DNA of 64,000 nt from Candidatus Obscuribacteraceae bacterium (GCA_044229845.1 JBGASG010000005.1:320001-384000), one strand, 5' to 3'. Positions 36,746 through 47,278 are shown, counted from the stretch's first letter. Numbers and translations: made by a program. The notes: generated by a model from the sequence alone, not told the origin.

Positions 36746-37783
36746 ATGAAACTCAAGAAGACCCTAGCTCCGATGACTATCCTGCCGGCAATAGCGGCAT
36801 CGTTTCTCGCAGGCTGCGGCGGCGATAACGGCGTAGTGACGCTGAAGGGCGATCAAGCCGCTCAGTTTGGCGACACCAAATTGACCCAGGCTCCGGTCGG
36901 TACCGTCCTCTATCCGGATGACAGACCGTCGGAAGACGACGGCAAAGCGCTCTACCAGGCGCAAAACTGCGCTTCCTGTCACGGCGCCGACGGCAGCTCG
37001 ATAGCGCCCGGTGCCAAGGCAGCCCTGTCCGACCCTCTCTGGGCCGGCAAGAAACGCCCCGTCGAGGAGTTCATCTTCCTTACTTATGGCGACAAAAATA
37101 TCAAAGGCCACGAGAAACCGCTGCGCGACACTCTCAGCCGCCGCGAAATCTGGAACCTGGTTGCTTACAGCCGCGCTCTGGCGGCGCCGCTTCTGACCAA
37201 AGAAGAGATGGATGCAGTACTGCCGGTCTTCGGTGCCAACTGCGCAGTCTGCCACGGCACCAAAGGCGATGGCGACGGACCGCTTATGCGTAACCTCGAG
37301 CCCGCCCCGGCTAACTTCCAGGTCTTCGCCCGCTTCTACGACCGCGATGACGATACGCTCTACGACCACATCGCCAACGGCATTCGCTGGGAAGGCATGC
37401 CTAACTTCCTCGGCAAGAAAGATCCTCGCAACAAAGTAGAATTCGATCAAAAATATATTCGTAAGCTGGTTGCTTACGTCCGCGCTTTCCACTTCAGCAC
37501 TGCGCCGACACTAACGGCAAATTCCAAGCCCAGCACTGTGGGCGGCACTGATTCTTTACCGCCGACTCCGCCTACAGGCTCTGACCTCGGGCACAAAGAC
37601 CAGACACAACCTGAACAAAGCAAAACTCCGGCCAGCGCAGGACAGCATGAAGTCCCCAGCTCTCCAGCCGAGTCAGCATCTCCGAGTTCGGGATCGGCCA
37701 CGGGTACTGAACCTATTAATTCACCGTCGTCTCCGTCGAGCAACGCAACGCCCGCCGGCGGAACGACAAATCCACAGCATTGA
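36746..37783 (+). CDS. Di-heme cytochrome c lipoprotein
   Basis: Lipobox LAGC; CASCH and CAVCH. Confidence 0.85.
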   Translation: MKLKKTLAPMTILPAIAASFLAGCGGDNGVVTLKGDQAAQFGDTKLTQAPVGTVLYPDDRPSEDDGKALYQAQNCASCHGADGSSIAPGAKAALSDPLWAGKKRPVEEFIFLTYGDKNIKGHEKPLRDTLSRREIWNLVAYSRALAAPLLTKEEMDAVLPVFGANCAVCHGTKGDGDGPLMRNLEPAPANFQVFARFYDRDDDTLYDHIANGIRWEGMPNFLGKKDPRNKVEFDQKYIRKLVAYVRAFHFSTAPTLTANSKPSTVGGTDSLPPTPPTGSDLGHKDQTQPEQSKTPASAGQHEVPSSPAESASPSSGSATGTEPINSPSSPSSNATPAGGTTNPQH

Positions 37784-37793
37784 GGACAGGACA

Positions 37794-38360
37794 ATGGCAG
37801 AGGGAACATCTAGAAGATTACTTTTGAAGACGCTGGCGGCGGTGCCCCTGGCGCTCACGTTCGGTCTGGTGGCGTCACCGATGGTGCGCTTCTTGCTGCC
37901 GACCCGCAAACCGCTCGACCTGCTGGGACCATCGGATCAGCCGTCGGCTATGAAGGACGTTTCCTTCAATCAGAGTGACTTCGCCGAACCGTGGACCTGC
38001 CTGCCGTTCACCTTCGAGCAGAAATACTTAGAATACAATCCGGAAGGCATGGAAGTCCGCAAAGTGCCGGGCTTCGCAGTCAAACTGCCCTCCGGCGAAG
38101 TGGTCGCGTACAGCCGCATTTGCCCGCACCTGGGCTGCATCTTCAACTTCGTCAAAGATCCGGAAGAGTGTGCCAAAGGCTACAACTTCAAACCGAACGG
38201 ACCGGTATTTGCCTGTCCGTGTCACTTGAGCGTGTATGACATCGCTCAAGCCGGCAAGGTCGTCAGTGGACCGGCTCCGCGTCCGCCACGCCAGTTTACG
38301 ACCAAGACCGAAGGCGACAAGATCTCTATCGTTTCATTGGAGGCTGGGGGCATTGCCTGA
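37794..38360 (+). CDS. Rieske 2Fe-2S protein
   Basis: Tat motif SRRLLLK; CPHLGC and CPCH. Confidence 0.92.
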   Translation: MAEGTSRRLLLKTLAAVPLALTFGLVASPMVRFLLPTRKPLDLLGPSDQPSAMKDVSFNQSDFAEPWTCLPFTFEQKYLEYNPEGMEVRKVPGFAVKLPSGEVVAYSRICPHLGCIFNFVKDPEECAKGYNFKPNGPVFACPCHLSVYDIAQAGKVVSGPAPRPPRQFTTKTEGDKISIVSLEAGGIA

Positions 38361-40167
38361 TACATCAACCACTGCAAATTCCTTTGGCAGCCGCCTATCG
38401 GGAGCACTGGTCAAGACCAATGACTGGTTGAAGACTCGCTTCAACGGTATTGATCTCTTCGATGAGCACTATGGGCTGGAAGCCAAAACGAACCCCTTCT
38501 ATTCGTTGGGCTCGATTTTCTACCTGGTCTGGTTCATAGTCATGTTCACGGGACTCGTATTGATCATGTGGTACGTGCCGACGAAAGCTCAGGCCTTCGA
38601 CTCGATTCTCCATATTCAGCACGGCATTCCGCTGGGCAACTTGATGCGCGGATGCCACAAGTACGGCGCGGACGCCATGATCATCGCCGCCACCATGCGG
38701 CTTTTCCGCATGTTTCTTGCCGCCGACTACAAACCCGGCAAAGAGTTCAACATCGCTATTGCGCTTGTCACGCTCTTGCTCTCGATGTATTCCGGTCTGA
38801 CCGGATATCTGCTCATCTGGAACCAGCGTGCATTTTGGGCGACCAAGGTGTTTGCCACCTTCCCGACTTATATGGATCAGTTCCCGGTGATGGGCGACTT
38901 CTACATGCCGCTGGTCAAATCCGTGCACATGGGCTGGAATACAGCCGAGTTTCTGCTCGGAGCCGGCGGCGCCATCACGCAGGAGACGATTACGCGTTTC
39001 TTCTCATTGCACCTGGCGTTCTCTCTGATACCACTGATTTTCGTCGAACTGTATTTCTACAAGACAGGCTTCAAGCGCGTTCCGCTCAACTGGATCAAGC
39101 GCTCGGTGATCATCCTCATGCTGATCATCGTTTCGATCATCATGCCGGCTGCGCTCGGACACCGCTCCAACCCGGACGTAACGCCGCTGCCGATTTTGTC
39201 CGACTGGTACTTCCTCGGCTTGTATCAGATGTACAAATATCTGGAGCCGGTGGTGGCAACCGAAATCACGATGGTGATTCCGCTCACCGTCGTCCTCCTT
39301 CCTTTCATCGATGTCTGGGTGACCGGACCGGAAAAAGATATCTGGAAGCGCCCGCTGATCTTTATGACCAGCATCATGGGCTTCGTCTGCTGGATCGTCT
39401 TCTCGATTTTGATCATCGTCAACATCGCCAACATCCACAACGATCCGCCCTACTGGCGCTCGTTCCTCTGGTGCCTGCCTAACATCGGCATGCTCTGGCA
39501 ACTGGTTGTTTACTTCGGTGAAAAGAACCCGGTTCTCAAAGCCAAGTTTGCGGTCGGCGCCATGGCGATGGCGATTGTCGCCGGCATTCAGACCATACTC
39601 GCCGTGTTCTACTACTACATGGCTCTCACGGAGATGTTCTTCTCACCGATCACTCAGTCGCTCACTTACTGGATGCTCCGTCCTTTCGTACCGGATGCCT
39701 CCCAGCTCGAGCAAGCAATGAAGACGGTGCAGCCTCTGTCGACCTACACCGCCTCGACCTACACCGCAACCTGGCAAGCCACTGTGCTGTCCAACTTCGT
39801 GGAGAAGGGCGGACCCGCGCAGAAAGCTGCTTACGACACAGTTTTGCAACTGTGCCAGAAAACATCGCCGCTCGATTTCATCTTCAAGGCGATTCCCACC
39901 TTCGATCCTAACCACCCTGTCTATGCCAGCATGACCGACTTCCTGGTCACCAACCGCTATGCATACGACTATGTGGTCTTCTGCGGGCGCATGAACGGCG
40001 ATGTGAAACCGTACCCGCTTTATGTTCCGGAAGTTGACTGGTTCTGGATGGTGGGCGGTTTCGTGACCATGGTCGCCTGCTTGATCGTCTGGAACAAACT
40101 GCGCAATCTGCCGAAGACGGCTCCGGCAGCTCAAACGCAGACCGCACCGGCCACCAACCCGTCATAG
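38353..40167 (+). CDS. Cytochrome b (bc complex) with C-terminal extension
   Basis: RGCHKYGA, TGYLL.WNQ..FWA, RFFSLH and DWYF motifs; TTG start overlapping the Rieske stop (inferred). Confidence 0.88.
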   Translation: MPDTSTTANSFGSRLSGALVKTNDWLKTRFNGIDLFDEHYGLEAKTNPFYSLGSIFYLVWFIVMFTGLVLIMWYVPTKAQAFDSILHIQHGIPLGNLMRGCHKYGADAMIIAATMRLFRMFLAADYKPGKEFNIAIALVTLLLSMYSGLTGYLLIWNQRAFWATKVFATFPTYMDQFPVMGDFYMPLVKSVHMGWNTAEFLLGAGGAITQETITRFFSLHLAFSLIPLIFVELYFYKTGFKRVPLNWIKRSVIILMLIIVSIIMPAALGHRSNPDVTPLPILSDWYFLGLYQMYKYLEPVVATEITMVIPLTVVLLPFIDVWVTGPEKDIWKRPLIFMTSIMGFVCWIVFSILIIVNIANIHNDPPYWRSFLWCLPNIGMLWQLVVYFGEKNPVLKAKFAVGAMAMAIVAGIQTILAVFYYYMALTEMFFSPITQSLTYWMLRPFVPDASQLEQAMKTVQPLSTYTASTYTATWQATVLSNFVEKGGPAQKAAYDTVLQLCQKTSPLDFIFKAIPTFDPNHPVYASMTDFLVTNRYAYDYVVFCGRMNGDVKPYPLYVPEVDWFWMVGGFVTMVACLIVWNKLRNLPKTAPAAQTQTAPATNPS

Positions 40168-40175
40168 GAGAGCCC

Positions 40176-40487
40176 ATGAAAAAGCACTGGTCTCTACGCT
40201 ACTCGATGTTCATTTTCTCGGTCATCTCGCTTTCATGGTTTTTTGCGGGATGGCGGGGTATTAACGAACACGGTGCCGTTGCTGACTGGGCACTGCTTGT
40301 CGGTGCAACGCTTTTGACGGGCGGGCTCCTGGCTGTGCAGGGTTACTGGATCTATATAGAGGAACTGGCAAAGGGCAGTTTGAAACGGCGCATCGGAATT
40401 TTCGATCGCATCCACGCCAAGATGTCAGCTGGTACTGCGGCCGGTGCCTTGCAGGGCGCCACCACCCACAAGAAAGGGGAACTATAA
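40176..40487 (+). CDS. Two-TM hypothetical protein (respiratory operon)
   Basis: AGGAG RBS; hydrophobic segments. Confidence 0.65.
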   Translation: MKKHWSLRYSMFIFSVISLSWFFAGWRGINEHGAVADWALLVGATLLTGGLLAVQGYWIYIEELAKGSLKRRIGIFDRIHAKMSAGTAAGALQGATTHKKGEL

Positions 40488-40874
40488 ATGGACCTCAACT
40501 CAAAGCCAGTCACCATGACCACCATCATAGTCTGCCTTGCTTTCGTCGGGCTGACATTCGTTGGTGCTTTGATGCTGCCGTCTTCCGAGTTGCTCGGGTG
40601 GGAAGTGATCACCCACAAACCCCAAGCCGGCGACTCACCGGTTTTGACATTCGAGCCAGCCAAGCACATAGCCACAGCCCTGACGAATCTGGGCGATGAC
40701 GCCTGCAAAGCCATCTGGCACAAAGACTTCAAAACTCTGGCAGCAGAGGATCCCAACGTCCAATACTACGCATACTCTCTCTTCCTCGCGGCGGCACTAT
40801 TAGCCGCGGGGGTGGCTTTCGCCGTTGTCGGACGGCTGGAGTCCGAAGAGCGTACTCTCATTCCAACCAAGTAA
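40488..40874 (+). CDS. Two-TM hypothetical protein (respiratory operon)
   Basis: Translationally coupled to the previous gene; N- and C-terminal TM helices. Confidence 0.65.
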   Translation: MDLNSKPVTMTTIIVCLAFVGLTFVGALMLPSSELLGWEVITHKPQAGDSPVLTFEPAKHIATALTNLGDDACKAIWHKDFKTLAAEDPNVQYYAYSLFLAAALLAAGVAFAVVGRLESEERTLIPTK

Positions 40875-40902
40875 GAACTGAAGGCAAGGGAAATCAATCC
40901 AA

Positions 40903-42072
40903 ATGGCGTTATACACCGAACCCTTAAACCGAGCTAGCCAGCGTGTTGAACACTGGATCAATGCTGTGTCGACCAGCAAGTACAACCCCTTCTATTATCA
41001 CGGCGCACTGCCGCAGTTTTTCCTGTGGGTGCTCTTCCTCTCGGGTCTGTTGCTGTTTGCCTATTACATCCCGACCATCGATAACGCTTATTCATCGCCG
41101 CGGTTGATCAACGCCTACACCTCGGTCGAATACATCACCAAGACAATTCCTTTTGGTGTCGTGGTGCGCGCCATGCACCGTTATGCAGGCGACGCGATGG
41201 TAATCACGATCATCCTGCACGCGTTGCGCGTGTGGTTCACCGATCGTTATCGTCAGTACCGCATTATTCAATGGCTCTCCGGTATCGTGCTGTTCCTTTT
41301 GGTGCTGGTCATCGGTCAGACCGGTTATTACCTGGTCTGGGATGAGCGCTCCTTGCTGCTCACCCGCATGACGGTAACCGCGTTCGATTCATTGCCCATT
41401 ATCGGCGAACCGCTCAAACTGTGGTTCCTCAACGGCAAAGACATCACCAACTTGACGCTGGCCAACTTCCTGTTCATCCACATTGGTCTGTCATTCTCAC
41501 TCTTGTTCGGCCTCTGGATTCACTACGTGCGCATGCAGCGCCCGGTGGTGACGCCACCGCCCGCGATGAACTACATTCTGATGGCTTTGATCATCGTGGC
41601 TGTATTCGCGTTTCCGATCACGACCGGCGGCCGAATGGAATTTCCGGCAGCCGACCTGACGAAACCGGCAACGCAACTGTCCATCGACTGGTTCTTCCTC
41701 TTCCCGTACTGGATGATGCTGCACATGCCGATGGCGGCATTCTGGGGTGTGACCATTGTTGTCACCGCCCTCCTGTGCTACATCCCCTATCTCGTGAAGA
41801 CTCCTCCCGTTCAAGCGGCGGAAGTGGTCGACACCAAGTGCACCGGCTGCTCGCTGTGCGCCAAAGACTGCCCGTACGCCGCCATCGAAATGGTGCCCGC
41901 ACCAGCCGGCAGCCGTTTCAAACTGCTGGCGACGATCATGCCCTATCGCTGCTCGGGCTGCGGAGTCTGTGTCGGTGCCTGCGCCTTCGACGCGGTCGAC
42001 CTGCCCAACCTTCTCGATACTGATGTGACCACGAAGATCAAAGAGCTTGCCTCTTCCGGATCAACTACATAG
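40903..42072 (+). CDS. Second cytochrome b fused to a 2x[4Fe-4S] ferredoxin domain
   Basis: RAMHRYAG, LHALR, TGYYLVWD and FIHI motifs; CTGCSLCAKDCP and CSGCGVCVGAC. Confidence 0.87.
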   Translation: MALYTEPLNRASQRVEHWINAVSTSKYNPFYYHGALPQFFLWVLFLSGLLLFAYYIPTIDNAYSSPRLINAYTSVEYITKTIPFGVVVRAMHRYAGDAMVITIILHALRVWFTDRYRQYRIIQWLSGIVLFLLVLVIGQTGYYLVWDERSLLLTRMTVTAFDSLPIIGEPLKLWFLNGKDITNLTLANFLFIHIGLSFSLLFGLWIHYVRMQRPVVTPPPAMNYILMALIIVAVFAFPITTGGRMEFPAADLTKPATQLSIDWFFLFPYWMMLHMPMAAFWGVTIVVTALLCYIPYLVKTPPVQAAEVVDTKCTGCSLCAKDCPYAAIEMVPAPAGSRFKLLATIMPYRCSGCGVCVGACAFDAVDLPNLLDTDVTTKIKELASSGSTT

Positions 42073-42091
42073 ATAAGGGAAACGAAACCAC

Positions 42092-42529
42092 ATGGCTGGC
42101 AAAGTTATCACTCTCATTTGTGAACGCTCGTGCGAACTGACCGCAGAGCACCTCAACGGCAACGAACTGAAAGGCGTGCCGGGAGTCAACGTGGTCAAGT
42201 ATCCGTGCTCCGGCATGATTCAACCGCTGATGATCGAAGCGGCACTGAAAGCCGGCGCCGACGGTGTCGTAGTCACCGGTTGCGAGATCGGCGATTGCTA
42301 CTACCGCGAAGGCAATCGCATGATTCGCGAGCGCTTGCTCGGCGACCGTCCGCCGACGTTGAAAAAGGGAACGGACCGTCGTCGCGTCATGGGTCTCTGG
42401 CTCTCCCGCGTTCAAACAGACCGCCTGATCAACGAAGTGAAGGAATTCCGCGCCAGCCTAGATAAGCTGCCGCCGCCCACACCAGAGGCAAAGAAACCTG
42501 CTGCTGCGCCCCCGAAAGCACAATCGTGA
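42092..42529 (+). CDS. MvhD/FlpD-family [2Fe-2S] subunit
   Basis: YPCSGMI..., GADGVVVTGC..GDCYY..GN motifs. Confidence 0.85.
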   Translation: MAGKVITLICERSCELTAEHLNGNELKGVPGVNVVKYPCSGMIQPLMIEAALKAGADGVVVTGCEIGDCYYREGNRMIRERLLGDRPPTLKKGTDRRRVMGLWLSRVQTDRLINEVKEFRASLDKLPPPTPEAKKPAAAPPKAQS

Positions 42530-42538
42530 GAATGAAAA

Positions 42539-42661
42539 ATGGCCGCTAAAGAACCCAAACTAACCGACATTCAATACATCACCCGCTGGACCTGGTTCTT
42601 CCTTTTGTACTTCGCCTGCATTTTGCTGATCGCCTCGTTCGGTCTGGTAGCTGAATTCTAG
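42539..42661 (+). CDS. 40-aa single-TM peptide (MAAKEPKLTDIQYITRWTWFFLLYFACILLIASFGLVAEF)
   Basis: Manual translation; follows the MvhD-like gene by 9 nt. Confidence 0.55.
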   Translation: MAAKEPKLTDIQYITRWTWFFLLYFACILLIASFGLVAEF

Positions 42662-42717
42662 AATCTAGTCCAGGCATCCCGGCAACCCGGCGTCGTACAA
42701 CAGCACTCTTTGAGGTC

Positions 42718-43413
42718 ATGCAGATGAAACTTCAGGAAGTGACGTCGCAGCTGCGTGCGCTCGGCACCACCCAGAACATCAAAACGTACCGCAGACACGG
42801 TGCTGATGACAACGTGTACGGCGTCAGCTTCGCCGATCTGAAAACGATGGCGAAGAAGATCAAAGTCGACCATCAGTTGGCGCTCGATCTGTGGGAGACC
42901 CAAATCGTCGACGCACGCTGTCTGGCTACCATGATCATCGATTGCGAACGGATTGATGAAACGCTGGCGCACCGCATGCTCTCAGACCTGCGCATGTCCA
43001 TGCTGATCGACTTACTCGGCGGCTGCGTAGCTAAAAGTCCTGTCGCCATGACTTTGATCGAAGACTGGATCAAGTCTGACCAGGACTCAGTTCGGCAATG
43101 CGGATATGTCGCGCTGTCCGTTTGTTTGAAGAACGGATCGATTTCTGACGAAACAGCATCGGCGTTTCTGCAGAAGATCGAGAAAGAGATTCATGAATCT
43201 CCCAATCGCTCGAAACATGCGATGAATGCCGCCGTCATCGCAATCGGCGTTCACAAGCCGAAGTTGACCGATGTCGCCATTCAAACTGCCATCAATATAG
43301 GCACCGTGAAAGTCGATCATGGCGACACCGCCTGCAAAACTCCAAATGCGGCCGCCTACATCAAAAAGTCAGTGGCGGCGAAGAAACCGAAACTGAAAAC
43401 CAACGTTACCTGA
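42718..43413 (+). CDS. DNA alkylation repair (AlkD-like HEAT) protein
   Basis: YGVSFADL..LAKKIK.DH.LA.DLW and VDHGDTACKTP motifs. Confidence 0.8.
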   Translation: MQMKLQEVTSQLRALGTTQNIKTYRRHGADDNVYGVSFADLKTMAKKIKVDHQLALDLWETQIVDARCLATMIIDCERIDETLAHRMLSDLRMSMLIDLLGGCVAKSPVAMTLIEDWIKSDQDSVRQCGYVALSVCLKNGSISDETASAFLQKIEKEIHESPNRSKHAMNAAVIAIGVHKPKLTDVAIQTAINIGTVKVDHGDTACKTPNAAAYIKKSVAAKKPKLKTNVT

Positions 43414-44270
43414 TGGATGATTTGCTCGCGGCGCTGCTCGCTAAATTCGATGACAGCGAGCGTTATCGCGCTGTTCTATTGGCAGGCAGTGCCGCCCGCG
43501 GTGACCTCACCACATACAGTGACATCGATTTAGTTTTCTTTTGCGACAATTTGCATGCGCTTGCCGGCGCAAGCGCGGCTGAGCGTCGTCGGCTCGCCTA
43601 TCAGTTGAAGTACTTTGATGATGGAGAATCCACTGCCCTGCCGAGACTGGTAAGTCTTTCCGTACGATCCTTCGGCGATTCAGCAAAGTCCATGTGGGAC
43701 CCGGTAGAAGCGATTCGCTACGTTCAGGGCTTGCGCGATGGGCGCGTGTTGCGTGACACCGACGATCGGCTGGCGCAATTGAAACAGGCTGCCGATGCGT
43801 TCGTGTGGGACAGCGAGATGCAGTCCGACGCCTGCCGGCGAGCCAGTTATGAACTGGCGGGTTGCGCAGAGGAGGTGCACAAGATTTTGCGCGGTCTGTC
43901 CACCGGCGATCAAGGCGCCATGTTCAACGGCGCCCTGGGGATTATTTTGAACATGCCGACGGTGGTGGCGCTTGCCCGAGGTGTCTTGTCAGGCGGGGAA
44001 AACGTCTTCAACTTTCAGGTAAGAGAGAGCATGGGAGAGCATTCTCGCTGGTCGCGCTGCCTGCAGCTGGCTTCCGGATCCTTTCCGATGGCCTTGCCGC
44101 CTGGGATGCCCAACTTCCCGCCGATCGCTTTGCAAGCCATTGCAGCCTTCTGGCTGTTTGACGAGACCGCGGTCGTCATAGACGATATCCTGCTTGCTGA
44201 AGACAGAGAAGTAGTGCAGGGTGCACTGGGTATAGCAAAAGCATCGATGCTCATCCCCAGCATCATTTAG
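43413..44270 (+). CDS. Nucleotidyltransferase-domain protein
   Basis: GS.ARGD...YSDID motif. Confidence 0.75.
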   Translation: MDDLLAALLAKFDDSERYRAVLLAGSAARGDLTTYSDIDLVFFCDNLHALAGASAAERRRLAYQLKYFDDGESTALPRLVSLSVRSFGDSAKSMWDPVEAIRYVQGLRDGRVLRDTDDRLAQLKQAADAFVWDSEMQSDACRRASYELAGCAEEVHKILRGLSTGDQGAMFNGALGIILNMPTVVALARGVLSGGENVFNFQVRESMGEHSRWSRCLQLASGSFPMALPPGMPNFPPIALQAIAAFWLFDETAVVIDDILLAEDREVVQGALGIAKASMLIPSII

Positions 44271-44311
44271 TTTAGTCGTGTAGCGATCGCCGATCTTCTC
44301 CGGAGAATGAT

Positions 44312-45142
44312 ATGGAAAATGCCATCAGCCTACAGGTGCTCTTCAAGGAACTCCCTCAGCTGAGTCCGCCGATGTTGACCGGTATGGGAGCACGCGCTTC
44401 TAAAGCTTTCAAGGAAGTGACTTACGATTTTCCTGCCGACACCACGGTGGCGGGAGCGGGATACGCATCATTCGGACCGCACAAAGTGAAGTTCGATTTT
44501 GTGCAACATCCGCTGCCCGACAAGTACCGCGCGACTATCGTCGATCACATTCACACCTCGGCCGAAATAGCCGGACTGGTCGAAGACCACAAGGCGTACA
44601 TCGAACTTTCGTACGAAGGTGAAGAAACCGACCCGGTTGCTAAGTACTGCATATTGACCGTCCTCGGCTCGATGCTTGCCACCCAGGATGCGCTCATTCT
44701 CGCAAACTGCAATTCTCACTGCGCACTAAACGCCGCCAAATTGTTGTGCATGTTCGCCGGCAAAGACTGGATGGAGAGCATTCAACAATTGCCGCTCGTT
44801 TATTTGTTCTGCGGTGCAGCAGCGTATGATGTGCCCAATGACGACTCGAAAGTGTGGCTGCGCACGCACGGCAACCACATGTTGAACATTCCTGATATCG
44901 GCGCGGAGTTCGACGTCAGTCAGCACGAAGAACTTGTGCCCCAGGCTCTCGAGACTTTCGAAACTCTGATGGGCTACATGAATGCGCTCGGCGTTCCAAT
45001 CGCGCCCGGGCATACGGTCGAAGGCTCGACGATGATGATTACTGTCAAAGAGAAACCGGAGGCCACCGGCGAAATCTACGACGCTCCGTCGGGACTCCTG
45101 ACGCTGGCGTTCTCGCCGAAACCGGTGAGCACGGCAACCTGA
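44312..45142 (+). CDS. Hypothetical protein (DUF4261-like C-terminus)
   Basis: WLRTHG....IPD and PGHTV motifs. Confidence 0.55.
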   Translation: MENAISLQVLFKELPQLSPPMLTGMGARASKAFKEVTYDFPADTTVAGAGYASFGPHKVKFDFVQHPLPDKYRATIVDHIHTSAEIAGLVEDHKAYIELSYEGEETDPVAKYCILTVLGSMLATQDALILANCNSHCALNAAKLLCMFAGKDWMESIQQLPLVYLFCGAAAYDVPNDDSKVWLRTHGNHMLNIPDIGAEFDVSQHEELVPQALETFETLMGYMNALGVPIAPGHTVEGSTMMITVKEKPEATGEIYDAPSGLLTLAFSPKPVSTAT

Positions 45143-45354
45143 TCAACCGCGCCGCCACTGCCGAAACGCGTTGCCTGCCGCCCGCCGTAAACTTCGCAGA
45201 CGCTGGCCCAGCACTGGGCCAAAACCTTTTCCGTTGGCCCGGTGGGTGGACAAACTGAACCCGCATTGCAAAAACCGAAGGCTGACTGGCCATGTACCGG
45301 GCCACTTGTCGCGCAACAGATTCGAAAAAGGGCTGCCCAGACGAAATCAACTAC

Positions 45355-47097
45355 TCATGCACTTGCCGGATGGCAAGTTTTGTCCGTGGTTGGTTCCAGG
45401 ACGAGCACGCGGTGCGGTACGCGTTGCAGTTCCTGGAACAAGACACTGATGCGATCGTAATCTGCAATCGTTTTTCCGACCCAGACCGCCTGACGCATCC
45501 AGCCTTCAGTTTCGTGTCCATACGGGGCTTCGTCTCCGTGTGGACACGAGATGCTGTTGTTGTTTCTTTCCGTAGTCTGCAACTCCCGCTGCGACGCCGG
45601 TTTTGGCGCGAGCATTCCATCGTTGACGACAATTAGCTTGTCGCCGTCTTCTGCTTGCACATAAATGAGGCAATTGAGAAGGCGCGTCAATCGGCGCGAG
45701 CGCAAATAGTTTTGCGCCACCCGAGAAAGTAGACGAGCGATTTTCCAGGAAACCTCCTCCGCATCGACTTCTTTTTCGATAGCCACTCGCTCAGGTTTGA
45801 TGATCACAGAGGTCTGAGTGCGCAGAGACTCGATGTGCAACTGTCCGTACGAACGCTCGATGAACTGCTCAGTTTCAAGCTGCACGTTTCCACGTTGAGA
45901 GGCGCGCAGCAGGCGAGCACCCATCGCAATCGTGAAGCGCGGGTCAGCAAATTGTTCGCGGGTCACCGACCAGCGTCGGCAAAAAACATCGACACCCGCC
46001 TCTAAAAGATGCGGATCGAGCGACTCCATAAAAATGCGAGCATCGAAGTCTCCGGTCGAAGCGCACCGACACAGTCGCAGCAGTCTGTCGAGCGACCAGG
46101 CGCTGGTGAATGGTCCGAGTGTGTGCGTTGCATCCGGACGCTCTGATTTGCTGCCGAAGTCACGCGAGCAAAAGAATATCTGTCGCCCTGTTTCCTTCAA
46201 TGCCGCATTGTAGGGAGGATTGTGCAGCTTAATCAGATCAGACTCCATCACGGCGGCTTCAATCACGGTGTCGCAGGTGGTGACATCAATGTCACTGACC
46301 TGCGTGAGCATTTCCAGAAGTTCCGGATCGCGTTTCTTCTGACCTCGAAAATAGCTGTTGACGCGGCTCTTCAATGATGTGGCTTTGCCGACGTAGAGTA
46401 TGTCGCCATGGCGATCCAGCATGCGGTACACACCCGGCTTGTTCGGCAGCCCAAGGCGCTTATCGCGACTGATGGGATATTCGTACTTGCCGCGTTTGCT
46501 TTTGAATGGCTGCGTCAGGAAGCGCACCAATTCTTCATCTGTTGTGATGTTGTTTTCGGCCAGAACCTCGACCAGATACTTCCAGATGATCCAGGTGGCA
46601 TGCACATGAGAAGATGCCCGCTTCAGCGGTGGCAACCGCTTACCGAAAAATCCTGCGATGGCGCGAATGCCGCGCGCCGGAAAGTTCGGGTAAATGCGCC
46701 GCGCGATCTCGTGAGTGCAGTAAACCGAGAAATTGATCGGTGCGTTGTCGCGATAATTCACCAGTGGATCAAACATGAGACTGCGCAGAAACGGCATCTC
46801 GAATTTCGCATAGTGAATAACGCTGTATGGCGTAGCTGTCAGCGCTTGCCGCAGTGCGCGCGACACGTCTCGCTGAGAAACCGCTTCGTCAAGATCGTCG
46901 ACCGTAATGCCGGTGAGTTCGGCAATTCTGTCCGGGATGAGATTATATGGCTGTTTAACGATGCAATATGTGATCTCCGGCAACTCGGTGCGCGCTGAGG
47001 CGCGGGCAAATGCTAGTTCCAATAGTCCGCCGGTCGTCGGGCTGGAACCCGTCGTCTGGCAGTCAACAAAAATCACTTCTCGATCAGCTAAATTCAT
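45355..47097 (-). CDS. Degenerate DEDDh exonuclease fused to GIY-YIG (UvrC/Cho-like) nuclease
   Basis: PGVYRM...ILYVGKA.SL..RV.SYF, E..LI...P.YN motifs; N-terminal FVDCQTTG. Confidence 0.8.
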   Translation of the reverse strand: MNLADREVIFVDCQTTGSSPTTGGLLELAFARASARTELPEITYCIVKQPYNLIPDRIAELTGITVDDLDEAVSQRDVSRALRQALTATPYSVIHYAKFEMPFLRSLMFDPLVNYRDNAPINFSVYCTHEIARRIYPNFPARGIRAIAGFFGKRLPPLKRASSHVHATWIIWKYLVEVLAENNITTDEELVRFLTQPFKSKRGKYEYPISRDKRLGLPNKPGVYRMLDRHGDILYVGKATSLKSRVNSYFRGQKKRDPELLEMLTQVSDIDVTTCDTVIEAAVMESDLIKLHNPPYNAALKETGRQIFFCSRDFGSKSERPDATHTLGPFTSAWSLDRLLRLCRCASTGDFDARIFMESLDPHLLEAGVDVFCRRWSVTREQFADPRFTIAMGARLLRASQRGNVQLETEQFIERSYGQLHIESLRTQTSVIIKPERVAIEKEVDAEEVSWKIARLLSRVAQNYLRSRRLTRLLNCLIYVQAEDGDKLIVVNDGMLAPKPASQRELQTTERNNNSISCPHGDEAPYGHETEGWMRQAVWVGKTIADYDRISVLFQELQRVPHRVLVLEPTTDKTCHPASA

Positions 47098-47278
47098 AAA
47101 GCTCCCCCAGCTGGTTATACACCAGTTGAGCGGCCGTGCCAATGTATAATCTGAACCGGTTAGGCGACGCATCGAAATACGTTGGCGATGTAGTCGAAGA
47201 TATTCTACGCAATACAACCGAAATCACTGAGTTGCAGGCCGGGTGAGAAACGATTTGCGTGACGCCGAGCGCTGCGGT

